A stretch of DNA of 64,000 bases from NCBI GenBank assembly GCA_026389845.1, contig JAPLHB010000190.1:9845-73844 (forward strand), in the 5' to 3' direction. Origin of the DNA: Chloroflexota bacterium (lineage in GTDB: Bacteria; Chloroflexota; Anaerolineae; CG2-30-64-16). A model generated the notes under the pieces. That model worked only from the letters and a program-made list of their open reading frames with translations, was not told the DNA's origin and did no database searches. The position numbers and the translations under genes are program-made. Shown in pieces: positions 19,846-29,174 of this stretch. Every line of letters starts with the position of its first letter. Position 1 is the stretch's first letter.

Positions 19846-20622
19846 ATGATCGCAATCCCTGAATCCGCCCTTCGCTTCGGTTTCGAAAACGGTCTCGGCG
19901 GCGCGCATACCAGCCGAACGCTGATGTTGTCCGAGTTGCAGCTTCTGTTTGCGGCTTGTTCGGCGACAGCGACCTACCAAGACTACTGTGCAGCCATCCT
20001 GGATGAAAACTGCCTGCTGAAACAGACAGCGACCACGCGCAGGCGCTCGCTGTGGGCGTTGCGCGAGCTCTATGGTCTTGACCGGCGCCTCCTGGTGTTT
20101 CGAGCGCTACGGGACCTGTGGGAGATCAGTGTTGAAGCACAGCCTCTGCTGGCTTGCCTTTGCGCCATGGCCCGTGATCCCCTTCTTCGCAGTACCTCGA
20201 AGGTCATCGTGGAGGCACAGCCTGGGGCAGTGGTGGCTTCCGATGCCCTCTCAACAGCCATTGCAGAGAGCTTCCCTGGCCGTCTCAATGCGAACATCCT
20301 CGATAAAGTTGGGCGCAACGCGGCCTCCTCATGGACGCAGTCCGGTCATCTCATTGGACGCCAGACCAAGTTGCGCACGGTGGCCCAGAGCAGCCCTGCT
20401 ACTGTAGCTTATGCCCTGCTGCTCGGTCACTTATGCGACGTGCGCGGGAACCTCCTGTTTGAGACCTTGTGGGCGCGCCTGCTCGACGCGCCGGCGCGCC
20501 TGCTCCACGAGCAGGCGTTCGCCGCGTCGCGCCTGGGTTGGCTGGAGTATCGGCATGCCGGCGACGTGACCGACGTGCAGTTCTCCTATCTGCTCAGGGC
20601 TGAGGAGCGGACCGGTGAGTGA
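19846..20622 (+). CDS. brxA: BREX system protein BrxA (DUF1819)
   Basis: Position directly 5' of brxB/brxC and helical DUF1819-like sequence. The track ORF starts at GTG 19801; ATG 19846 preferred. Start uncertain. Confidence 0.65.
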   Translation: MIAIPESALRFGFENGLGGAHTSRTLMLSELQLLFAACSATATYQDYCAAILDENCLLKQTATTRRRSLWALRELYGLDRRLLVFRALRDLWEISVEAQPLLACLCAMARDPLLRSTSKVIVEAQPGAVVASDALSTAIAESFPGRLNANILDKVGRNAASSWTQSGHLIGRQTKLRTVAQSSPATVAYALLLGHLCDVRGNLLFETLWARLLDAPARLLHEQAFAASRLGWLEYRHAGDVTDVQFSYLLRAEERTGE

Positions 20623-21163
20623 GATCGAACTCCTGTTGCAGCAGTACGAACGGCTGGTCGGTATGCCCTGGACGGAGCGTTTGTCGGGCGCCGAGAAGGT
20701 GTGGTTTGTTGTTTACGAACCGGCCCAGGAGCGCCGCCTGCGCCTGCGCCTGCAGGAGTTTCAGATCGTCACAGAGAAGGCCGGCCACGGCTGGAAATTC
20801 GTTGATCTCACGGATGCGTTTGCCCGCTGGATGACAGGCCATCGCTACCGTGAGTCCTATTTCAAGCGGCCGGAGTTGTTGAGCGAGTCCGCGCTGAGTG
20901 GGTTTGCTGCGGCTGTGGCCGATGAGATCAAAGCCGCGCTCGCCACATCCGGCGTGGATGAACGCACGGTCGTGGCGGTCGGCGGGCTGGGATCGCTGTT
21001 TGGCATCGTGCGAGCGTCCGACGTGCTAGGCCAGGTCACCCAGGCCGTTGTCGGCCGCCTGCTGATCTTCTTCCCCGGACGCTACGAAAATAAGGTCTAC
21101 CGCCTGCTGGATGCCAGGGACGGCTGGAACTACCTCGCCGTGCCGATCACCGCCGAAACATAA
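20615..21163 (+). CDS. brxB: BREX system protein BrxB (DUF1788)
   Basis: 182 aa. GTG start overlaps the brxA stop; canonical BREX-1 gene order. Confidence 0.7.
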   Translation: MSEIELLLQQYERLVGMPWTERLSGAEKVWFVVYEPAQERRLRLRLQEFQIVTEKAGHGWKFVDLTDAFARWMTGHRYRESYFKRPELLSESALSGFAAAVADEIKAALATSGVDERTVVAVGGLGSLFGIVRASDVLGQVTQAVVGRLLIFFPGRYENKVYRLLDARDGWNYLAVPITAET

Positions 21164-21170
21164 GAGGGCC

Positions 21171-21250
21171 TGTCCGCATAACTCGCAGCGCGGGCTCCCA
21201 TGCCCGCAACCGGCGGCGTGGGAGCCGCCTCCGCTGGATATTTGATAGGC
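21171..21250. repeat. palindromic REP-like element (core GCGGGCTCCCATGCCCGCAACCGGCGGCG...TGGGAGCCGCCTCCGCTGG); second copy at 33722-33824
   Basis: Near-identical core at 21185-21232 and 33741-33810, each bounded by degenerate CCTATCCGAATAA-type inverted ends. Both copies sit immediately 3' of a gene (brxB; the SPFH gene). Confidence 0.5.
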
Positions 21251-21265
21251 TCAAAGGATGAAGCC

Positions 21266-24200
21266 ATGCTCAACCGAGAAGTCTTCACCAAGGATCCGAC
21301 GACATTCGCCATCCCCAACGACGGGGTCACGGTGGTGGGTGACCCGCAACGGCCCGAAGAGTGGGACGTCCTCCGCTATGAGCTGACCGCGTTCGTGTGC
21401 GAAGGCGAGTACCAGCGCGGCCTGGTGCGCGTGCTGTCCACCTTTCTCCAACACCTCTCACGGCCCAAGCAGCCGGCGGTCTGGGTGAGCGGCTTCTATG
21501 GCAGCGGCAAGTCGCACTTCGTGCGCGTGCTGCAGTACCTGTGGAACAACGTGACCCTGCCGGATGGCGCGCAGGCCCGCGGACTGACGAAGCTACCCGT
21601 CGAAGTGAACGAGCTGCTGACTGAGCTGACCACGGAGGGCAAGCGCCACGGCGGGCTGTGGGCGGCCGCGGGCAAGCTCGGCACAAGTCCAAGCATCCAA
21701 CTCGACATGCTCAAGATCCTCTTTCGGAGCGCGGGCCTGCCGGTTGACTATGCGCCGGCGCGCCTGGTCACGTGGCTGAGGCTGAAAGGGATCTACGATG
21801 CGGTCGCGGCCGGCGTCAGCCAGCGCGGCGCGGAACTGGCGTTCGAACTGGCCAACATGCATGTCTCGCTGGAGCTGGCCGAGAGCATCCACGACGCCTA
21901 TCCGGGCCTGGCCGCGGATGCGCTGGCCGTGTCGGATAAGCTCCAGGCGGAGTTCCCCGGCAAGACGGGGATTGACGATGACGAGATGTTGCAAGCCATG
22001 GAGGATGTGCTGCGTCTGCAATCCAGGGCGCCCGGCAAGCTGCCGCTGACCCTCCTGGTGCTGGACGAGCTGCAACAATCCATCGGCGAACAGCCGGACC
22101 GTGCGTTGGCAGTGCAGGAGATCGTGGAGGCGTGCTCCACCCGCTTCGGCAGCCGCATCCTCTTCGTGGGCACGGGCCAGGCTGCCCTGGAGGCGACGCC
22201 CCAGCTTGGCAAGCTGCAGGATCGCTTCACGGTCCGGGTGCCCCTCGAGGACAAGGATGTCGAGCGGGTCGTACGGGAGGTGGTGCTGCGCAAAGCGCCG
22301 GACAAGGTACCGGCCTTGCAGGCCGTCCTCGATGCGGCCAGCGGCGAGATCAACCGGCATCTGGCCGGCAGCAAGATCGGGTCAACCAGCGCTGACAGCG
22401 GCGACCTGGTACCCGAATACCCGCTGCTGCCCACGCGGCGGCGCTTCTGGGAGCGGGCGCTGCGGGCCATTGATCGCGCGGGCACCGCCGCGCAATTGCG
22501 CACCCAACTGCGCGTGGTGCACGAGGCGGCGAAGGGAGTCGCAGCCCGACCGCTGGGCACCGTGGTCGGGGCGGATACCCTCTATGACCAACAAAAATCG
22601 GCCATGTTGTTGGGACGAGTCCTCCTGCCGGAGATCGCGGCCGCCATTGACGATTTGCGCAAGGATGGCTCGGCCGCGGGCGTGCTCAAGGCCCGGCTCT
22701 GCGCCCTGATCTTCCTGATCGGCGAGCTGCCGGAGATCGGCGTGGCCGCGCCCGGCTTGCGCGCCACCCCGGACACATTGGCTGATCTGCTGGTGGAGGA
22801 CCTGACCGCCGGCAGCGCGGCCCTGCGCGGCCAGATTCCGGGGCTGCTGACGCAACTGGTGGACGCCGGCGCGCTGATGGCCGTGGACGACGCCTACCAC
22901 TTGCAGACCCAGGAGAGCCGTGAGTGGACGCGCGTCTTCAACACACACACCAGCCGCATCAAGGCCGACGATGCGCGCATCGCGGCTGACCGATCCACCG
23001 CGCTCCGCGGCGCGGTGCAGGAGGCTGTGAAGAAGATCCGGCCGGTGCAGGGCGAAAGCAAAACGGTGCGGCGCTTCGAGTTCTATTTTGGTACCGATGT
23101 CCCGCTCGCCGGCGGTGCGTCCGCACCGGAGGCGGTGCCGGTGTGGGTGCGCGACGGCTGGTCGGCCTCCGAGAAGGCGTTCCGGGAGGAGGCCCAGGCG
23201 GCCGGTTCCAACAGCCCCATCGTGTTCATATTCCTGCCGCGCCTCGGCGATGAGGAGCTCAGATCCGCGCTGGCCGGGACCGCGGCCGCGGTGGCCACCA
23301 TCGAGGCCGAGCCGACCCCCAAGACGAGCCAGGAGGGCGCGGCGGCGCACCAGGCCATGGCCTCGCGCCTGACCTCGGAAGCCGAACGCGTGGCGGGGTG
23401 CGTCGCCGTCAGCATCGCCAACGCCCGGGTCTACCAGGGCGGCGGCAACGAGATCGCGGAGGGCAGCCTGGCCGCTGCGGTCGAGGCGGCCATCGGGAAC
23501 GCGCTGGCGCGGCTCTTCCCCAACTTCAAGCTGGCCGATGACGCCAACTGGGGCAAGGTGGTCAAGCGCGCCGGCGAGGGCGCCGGCGATCCGCTGTCGG
23601 GCCTCGGCTACACCGGCAACGCCGAGGACCATCCGGTCTGCAAAGAAGTGCAGACCTTCCTGGGGATCGGGGTGAAAAAGGGGGCCGAGGTCCGCAAGCA
23701 TTTCGGCGGCGCGGGCTACGGCTGGGGTGGCGATGCCATTGACGGCGCCCTGTTGGCCCTGGTCGCCGGCAATACGGTGCGGGCCGAGCGCAACGGCCAG
23801 CCGCTGGCCGCCAAACAGATCATCCAGTCGCAGGTCGGCGTCACGGAGTTCAAGAACGAGGCCGTGATCATCACCGCGGCGCAGCGGATCGGCGTGCGCA
23901 AGCTGATCCAGGATCTGGGCCTGGCCGTCAAGAACGGGGAGGAAGCCCAGGCGATCCCGCTGGTGCTCCAGAAGCTGTGTGACCTGGCGGCCGAGGCCGG
24001 TGGCCCGCCGCCGTTGCCCGAAAAGCCGTCCGTCGAAGCCATCAAGGAACTGCAGGCGCTGAGCGGCAACGAGCAGTTCGCCGCCGCGTTCGACGCACGG
24101 GAGACGCTGCTGGCTCAGCAGCGCGCCTGGGGCCAGGCCAAGACCGCCAAAGACGCGCGGCTGCCCCAGTGGGGGGTGCTGGGGCGGCTCCTGGCCCATG

Positions 24201-24733
24201 CGACCGGGCGGCCGGCCGCCTACACCGTCCGGCCGCAGGTCGAAGCGATCACCGCGCAACGTCTGCTCCTGGCCGAGCCGGACCCCGTCAAACCGTTGCA
24301 CGATGCCTTGACGACCGACCTCCGCAAGGCTGTCCAGGATGCCAGGCAGCGCGTCGTGGATGCCCGCGACCGGGAATTAGCTGCGCTGCGCGAGACGGAT
24401 GAGTGGCGCAAGCTCAGCGACGAGCAGTGGCGGGAGATTCTGCACGCCCAGGGGTTGGGGCCGATCGCGGAGCTGCACGCCGGCACCGATGACCTGCTGC
24501 TGGCCGCGCTGGACGCCAAACCGCTGGAGGCCTGGGCGACTGAGGCGCTGGTGGTCCCCACGCGCATGCGGCAGGCGCGCGAGCAGGCAGCCAAACTGCT
24601 GGAGCCGAAGGCCGTGCGCGTGCGGCCGAAGTCTGCGACGCTGAAGTCAGCAGCCGAAGTGGATGAGTACCTGGGTGTGCTGCGGGCAGAGATCATGGCG
24701 CATATCGAGGAAGGGAAGCCGGTGATTGTGTGA
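21266..24733 (+). CDS. brxC: BREX system P-loop ATPase BrxC
   Basis: Walker A GFYGSGKSH near the N-terminus; ~1150-aa size and position. Start refined to ATG 21266 (AAGGA RBS). Confidence 0.85.
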   Translation: MLNREVFTKDPTTFAIPNDGVTVVGDPQRPEEWDVLRYELTAFVCEGEYQRGLVRVLSTFLQHLSRPKQPAVWVSGFYGSGKSHFVRVLQYLWNNVTLPDGAQARGLTKLPVEVNELLTELTTEGKRHGGLWAAAGKLGTSPSIQLDMLKILFRSAGLPVDYAPARLVTWLRLKGIYDAVAAGVSQRGAELAFELANMHVSLELAESIHDAYPGLAADALAVSDKLQAEFPGKTGIDDDEMLQAMEDVLRLQSRAPGKLPLTLLVLDELQQSIGEQPDRALAVQEIVEACSTRFGSRILFVGTGQAALEATPQLGKLQDRFTVRVPLEDKDVERVVREVVLRKAPDKVPALQAVLDAASGEINRHLAGSKIGSTSADSGDLVPEYPLLPTRRRFWERALRAIDRAGTAAQLRTQLRVVHEAAKGVAARPLGTVVGADTLYDQQKSAMLLGRVLLPEIAAAIDDLRKDGSAAGVLKARLCALIFLIGELPEIGVAAPGLRATPDTLADLLVEDLTAGSAALRGQIPGLLTQLVDAGALMAVDDAYHLQTQESREWTRVFNTHTSRIKADDARIAADRSTALRGAVQEAVKKIRPVQGESKTVRRFEFYFGTDVPLAGGASAPEAVPVWVRDGWSASEKAFREEAQAAGSNSPIVFIFLPRLGDEELRSALAGTAAAVATIEAEPTPKTSQEGAAAHQAMASRLTSEAERVAGCVAVSIANARVYQGGGNEIAEGSLAAAVEAAIGNALARLFPNFKLADDANWGKVVKRAGEGAGDPLSGLGYTGNAEDHPVCKEVQTFLGIGVKKGAEVRKHFGGAGYGWGGDAIDGALLALVAGNTVRAERNGQPLAAKQIIQSQVGVTEFKNEAVIITAAQRIGVRKLIQDLGLAVKNGEEAQAIPLVLQKLCDLAAEAGGPPPLPEKPSVEAIKELQALSGNEQFAAAFDARETLLAQQRAWGQAKTAKDARLPQWGVLGRLLAHATGRPAAYTVRPQVEAITAQRLLLAEPDPVKPLHDALTTDLRKAVQDARQRVVDARDRELAALRETDEWRKLSDEQWREILHAQGLGPIAELHAGTDDLLLAALDAKPLEAWATEALVVPTRMRQAREQAAKLLEPKAVRVRPKSATLKSAAEVDEYLGVLRAEIMAHIEEGKPVIV

Positions 24734-24736
24734 GAG

Positions 24737-24875
24737 AGCGGGCCGGGCCGTCCACGAATGAAACACGAATACACGAATAGCGGGGGCCGGGCCGTCCACG
24801 AATGGGACACGAATTCGCGAATAGGACGGTCGCTCATTCGTGTATTCGTGACGGATTCGTGGACGGCCACCGCTT
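24737..24875. repeat. palindromic repeat unit (CACGAAT x3 / ATTCGTG x3 arms) flanking the GxxExxY gene on the left
   Basis: GTCCACGAATGAAACACGAATACACGAATA ... CATTCGTGTATTCGTGACGGATTCGTGGAC, the same unit as the tandem array at 25411-25752. Confidence 0.6.
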
Positions 24876-24911
24876 CGCACGCACGCAGAAGGGGGCGGGA
24901 AGGAGCGCACT

Positions 24912-25469
24912 ATGCCTGGGCTTGTCGTAGATGCCACCGGCAACGATCTCACCTACCGGATTATCGGCGCGGCCATGCGGGTGCATAACCGATTGGGGCC
25001 AGGGTATAAGGAAGAAGTGTATGAGCGGGCGCTGGCTGCGGAGTTAGAAACAGAAGGCGTACCGGTCGAAACGCAGTATCGGGTTGAGGTCTACGATCAG
25101 GGGATCCTGGTCGCGCTGTTTTTCCTGGATCTCTTTGTGGCCCGCACTGTCGTCGTAGAGGTCAAGGCCTTTGCTCATCAGCTCACGAACGATGAGCGCG
25201 CGCAGGTCATCAACTACTTGAAGGCTACCGGCGCGGCGGTGGGCCTGCTGTTCAACTTCGGCCGGCGCAGGCTGGAGTTCCCGCGCATCTTCCCCGGCGC
25301 GGCGGCCACGGGAGACGATTTGCCGCAACGCCTGGGGCGTGATAATGTCAAGAAGCGTGCCGTGCACGAGTTTGGGGCCGGGCCGCCGTCCACACCCGAT
25401 GCCAGACGCGAGAGTGGCGGGGGCCGGGCCGGGCCGCCGTCCACGAATGAAACACGAATACGCGAATAA
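24912..25469 (+). CDS. GxxExxY family protein (PD-(D/E)XK-like)
   Basis: N-terminal IIGAAMRVHNRLGPGYKEEVYERAL (GxxExxY) and VEVK motifs. The true protein is probably ~130 aa; the 3' tail of the ORF reads into the repeat array. Confidence 0.55.
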   Translation: MPGLVVDATGNDLTYRIIGAAMRVHNRLGPGYKEEVYERALAAELETEGVPVETQYRVEVYDQGILVALFFLDLFVARTVVVEVKAFAHQLTNDERAQVINYLKATGAAVGLLFNFGRRRLEFPRIFPGAAATGDDLPQRLGRDNVKKRAVHEFGAGPPSTPDARRESGGGRAGPPSTNETRIRE

Positions 25470-25752
25470 TGACGGGCGGCCATTCGTGGATTCGTGACGG
25501 ATTCGGGGACGGCGACGACCCGACGCGAGAGCAGCGGGGGCCGGGCCGGGCCGCCGTCCACGAATGGGACACGAATTCACGAATAGCGGCGGGCGGCCAT
25601 TCGTGGATTCGTGACGGATTCGGGGACGGCGACGACCCGACGCGAGCGTAGCGGGGCCGGGCCGCCGTCCACGAATGAAACACGAATTCAAGAATAACGA
25701 CGGGCGGCCATTCGTGTATTCGTGGCGGATTCGTGGACGGCGACGACCCGGC
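25411..25752. repeat. tandem array of three ~118-bp palindromic repeat units
   Basis: Units begin near 25411, 25530 and 25648. Each contains the inverted (CACGAAT)3 arms and a GGGCCGGGCCG spacer-like GC stretch. There is no unique spacer content. Confidence 0.6.
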
Positions 25753-25781
25753 CTCCTCCCACAGACCCAAGAATAGGAACC

Positions 25782-28700
25782 ATGCCATCCCTACCCACCG
25801 ACCTCCGCAAAACCCTTGAAAATGCCATCAACGCGGCCCGGCGGGCCGCGGAGGAGGCGGCGCGCGCCGCGTTGACCACGCTGGCCGTCGCCCGCGACGA
25901 CCCGTTCGCGACCATGGACGAGCCGCAGCGCCAACTGCGCCGCGGCCTGCGCGCGGTGGCGCGCCGACTGGGCGATGACACAAAGTCCGACGCGTTGCCC
26001 CTCCTGACCCACGAGGTCGCCTACGAGCAGTGGCACCGCATGTTGTTCGCTCGCTTCCTGGCCGAGAACGATCTGCTGATGCACCCCTCTGGTGTCGCAG
26101 TGTCGCTGGCGGATTGCGCGGAACTGGCCCCTGACGAAGGCGCGGCCGACGCCTGGGACCTGGCCGCGCGCTACGCGGCTGCGATGTTGCCCGGCATCTT
26201 CCTGGCGGACGATCCGACCGTCCAGGTGCGCTTTGCGCCGGAGGGCCGCCAGCGGCTCGAAGCGATCCTGGCCGGCCTGCCGCCCGCGGTCTTCACCGCC
26301 GACGACGGCCTGGGGTGGGTCTACCAGTTCTGGCAGACGGACAAGAAGCGTGAAGTGAACGCCAGCGGCCGCAAGATCGGCGGGGCCGACCTGGCGCCGG
26401 TGACGCAGCTCTTCACCGAAGACTACATGGTGCGCTTCCTGCTGGAGAACTCGCTCGGCGCGTGGTGGGCGGCGCGCCACCCGGATAGTCCGCTGGTGAA
26501 GGAGTGGGGTTATTTACGGTGGGTGGACGAGGAGTCAGGAGTCAGGAGTCAGGGAGCAGGAGGCAGCGACGGCAATACGCAATACGCAGTACGCAGTACG
26601 CAATACGCAGTACGCAATACGCCGTCCCGCGTCCCCGCCGCCGGCGCCTTCCCCGGCTGGCCCGACCGCGCGGCGCAGGTGACGATGATGGATCCCTGCG
26701 GCGGGTCGGGGCATTTCGTGGTGGCCGAGTTCGGCATGATGCTGCGCATGCGGATGGAGGAGGAGGGGCTGAGCGCGTCCGCGGCCGGCGACGCGGTGAT
26801 CCGCGATAACCTCTTCATGCTGGAGCTGGACCCCCGCTGCACGCAGATCGCGACCTTTGCGCTGGCGTTAGCGGCCTGGAAGAGCGGCGGCTACCGGCCG
26901 CTGCCGACCCCCAACATCGCCTGCTCCGGCATCGCAGTGACGGGACAGCTCGAGGACTGGCTGCGCCTGGCCCGCGGGGACGAACGGCTGCGCACCGCGC
27001 TGGAACGACTGCACAAGCTCTTTACGAACGCGCCCACCCTGGGCAGCCTGATCAATCCCGCGGACGTGCCGCTGAGCGAGCGGATGTTCAGCGCCGACTA
27101 CGAGGAGGTGGCGCCGCTGTTGGGGAAGGCGTTGGCAAAGGAGCGGGACGATCCGGCCGCGGCCGTGTTGGGCGCTGCGGCGGAGGGGGTGGCGAAGGCA
27201 GCGAAGCTGCTGGCAGGGCAGTACACGCTGGTGGCGACGAATGTGCCGTATCTGGGACGCAGCCTCCAGACAGAAACGCTCAAGAACTTTGCAGACAGGG
27301 TTTTTCCAGTCTCAAGGGCTGACCTGGCCACCGTTTTTGTGGAGCGTTCTCTGTCATTTACAGACTCGGGTGGTACCTGTGCGGTTGTCACCCCTCAGAA
27401 CTGGCTGTTTTTGAAATCGTATGAAGAACTTCGCAGGAAATTGCTTCAGTCCCAGTCGTGGAACCTGCTTGCGAGATTGGGTGCTCAAGCATTTCAGACC
27501 CCGATGTGGGATTTCAATGTTGGGCTATTTATCGTCACACACCGTCCACCGGCAGAAAACCATGAAGTGGGAGGAACGGACGTCTCACGTAGCCGAAAGC
27601 CATCGGTCAAGGCCGATTTGTTGCGGAATGACCCAATTCGGTTCGTTAACCAAGAGAGCGAGCTACGAAATCCCGATACGAGGATCACGCTCGAAAAAGC
27701 CAACCTTGGTGCGTTGCTCCTGCATTATGCAGACGGGCTGCAGGGAATCTCCCCGGCAGACTATCCCAGGTTCGGTCGTTGCTTTTGGGAGCTACCAAGA
27801 CTAATCGAGGGCTGGCGATGGTATCAAGGCACGGTTAGTTCTACGATGCCCTTTGGTGGACGCGAAAGAGTTCTCTGGTTTGACGCTCTCTTGCGAGCAG
27901 CACAGGAGCTTGGTTCTGCAATTCGAGGCCGAGCTGCGTGGGGCAAATGGGGTGTGGCAATAAGCCAGATCGGGAAACTCTCCGCGAACTTGTACACAGG
28001 CGATTTGTTCGACAACAACTTGGCGGCTCTGATTCCACACGATCAGACTTTGCTTCCCGCGCTGTGGGCTTATTGTCAGTCCCCGACCTTCCACGACCAA
28101 GTCAGGCGAATCGATCAGAAGCTCTACGTCCAGAATGCTACGCTGGTGAAAATTCCTTTCGACCTTGACTACTGGCAGCAAGTCGCAGACGCGGCCGGCC
28201 CCCTCCCCGAGCCGTACTCCGACGACCCCACCCAATGGCTCTTCAACGGCCACTCCGCGGGCGCCACCGAGCCGCTGCAGGTGGCCGTGGCGCGGCTGTT
28301 GGGCTATCGCTGGCCGCAGCAGGCCCAGGACCACCTCGGCGCCCACGCCGATGCGGATGGCATCGTCTGCCTGCCCGCGGTGGGCGGCGAACAGCCGGCG
28401 GCCGAACGCCTGCGCGCGCTCCTGGCCGCAGCCTTCGCCAATCCGCAATCCCTGCCCAACACCGCAGACGCCGGGCACGCAATACGCAGTACGCAATACG
28501 CCGGATGGTCGGCCGCTGTCCAGGAGCAGTTGCTCGCCGCGGCCGGATTCCCCAGCAAGACCCTGGACGACTGGCTGGCCGACGGCTTCTTCCCGCAGCA
28601 CTGCCGCGTCTTCCACAACCGGCCCTTCATCTGGCATGTCTGGGACGGCCGCAAAGATGGCTTCTCGGCGTTGGTCAACTACCACAAGCTGGATCGCGCT

Positions 28701-29084
28701 GTCCTGGAGAAACTGATCTATACTTACCTCGGCGCGTGGATCACCCGCCAGCGCGATGACCGCGACGCCGGCGCCCCGGCCGCGGAGGGGCGGTTGGTGG
28801 CCGCGCTGGCGCTGCAGAAGAAGCTGATCGCCATCCTGGAGGGGGAGCCGCCGTACGACATCTACGTGCGCTGGAAGCCGCTCCATCAGCAGCCCATCGG
28901 CTGGGCGCCGGACCTCAACGACGGCGTGCGGCTCAACATCCGGCCATTTGTCACAGCGGGCGTGCTGCGGAGCCGGTTCACGATCAATTGGAAGGTGGAC
29001 CGCGGCACGAATCCGGACGGCAGCGAGCGGATCAATGATCGGCACGTCACGCGGGCGGAGAAGCTGGCGGCGCGGGGAAAGTGA
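25782..29084 (+). CDS. pglX: BREX-1 adenine-specific DNA methyltransferase PglX
   Basis: ~1100 aa; DPCGGSGHF (motif I) region; C-terminal block conserved with the remnant at 31331-31568; canonical position. Start refined to ATG 25782. Confidence 0.85.
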   Translation: MPSLPTDLRKTLENAINAARRAAEEAARAALTTLAVARDDPFATMDEPQRQLRRGLRAVARRLGDDTKSDALPLLTHEVAYEQWHRMLFARFLAENDLLMHPSGVAVSLADCAELAPDEGAADAWDLAARYAAAMLPGIFLADDPTVQVRFAPEGRQRLEAILAGLPPAVFTADDGLGWVYQFWQTDKKREVNASGRKIGGADLAPVTQLFTEDYMVRFLLENSLGAWWAARHPDSPLVKEWGYLRWVDEESGVRSQGAGGSDGNTQYAVRSTQYAVRNTPSRVPAAGAFPGWPDRAAQVTMMDPCGGSGHFVVAEFGMMLRMRMEEEGLSASAAGDAVIRDNLFMLELDPRCTQIATFALALAAWKSGGYRPLPTPNIACSGIAVTGQLEDWLRLARGDERLRTALERLHKLFTNAPTLGSLINPADVPLSERMFSADYEEVAPLLGKALAKERDDPAAAVLGAAAEGVAKAAKLLAGQYTLVATNVPYLGRSLQTETLKNFADRVFPVSRADLATVFVERSLSFTDSGGTCAVVTPQNWLFLKSYEELRRKLLQSQSWNLLARLGAQAFQTPMWDFNVGLFIVTHRPPAENHEVGGTDVSRSRKPSVKADLLRNDPIRFVNQESELRNPDTRITLEKANLGALLLHYADGLQGISPADYPRFGRCFWELPRLIEGWRWYQGTVSSTMPFGGRERVLWFDALLRAAQELGSAIRGRAAWGKWGVAISQIGKLSANLYTGDLFDNNLAALIPHDQTLLPALWAYCQSPTFHDQVRRIDQKLYVQNATLVKIPFDLDYWQQVADAAGPLPEPYSDDPTQWLFNGHSAGATEPLQVAVARLLGYRWPQQAQDHLGAHADADGIVCLPAVGGEQPAAERLRALLAAAFANPQSLPNTADAGHAIRSTQYAGWSAAVQEQLLAAAGFPSKTLDDWLADGFFPQHCRVFHNRPFIWHVWDGRKDGFSALVNYHKLDRAVLEKLIYTYLGAWITRQRDDRDAGAPAAEGRLVAALALQKKLIAILEGEPPYDIYVRWKPLHQQPIGWAPDLNDGVRLNIRPFVTAGVLRSRFTINWKVDRGTNPDGSERINDRHVTRAEKLAARGK
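26531..26626 (+). repeat. two adjacent heptanucleotide tandem-repeat tracts inside pglX: (GAGTCAG)3-5 then (AATACGC/AGTACGC)7
   Basis: Direct reading of 26531-26626; encodes ...SGVRSQGAGGSDGNTQYAVRSTQYAVRNT... inserted just before motif I. A shorter (3-unit) copy of the ACGCAATACGCAGTACGC tract recurs at 28481-28501. Confidence 0.7.
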
Positions 29085-29174
29085 GTCAGTAAGCCTATCG
29101 GATTGTGGTAGAATAGGCGCGACGCTCGGAGCGAGTCTCGAGACATCTGCACAGCCAAGGAAGGAGGCCCCCAC

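Noticed and set aside
22382-24301. 639-aa minus-strand ORF inside brxC
   Set aside because: Antisense shadow of brxC; Arg/Gly/Pro-rich.
24737-25760. Possible CRISPR array (regular ~118-bp periodicity with palindromic repeats)
   Set aside because: Units are 118 bp and internally palindromic with no unique spacers between short direct repeats; no cas genes. This is a tandem palindromic repeat array, not CRISPR.
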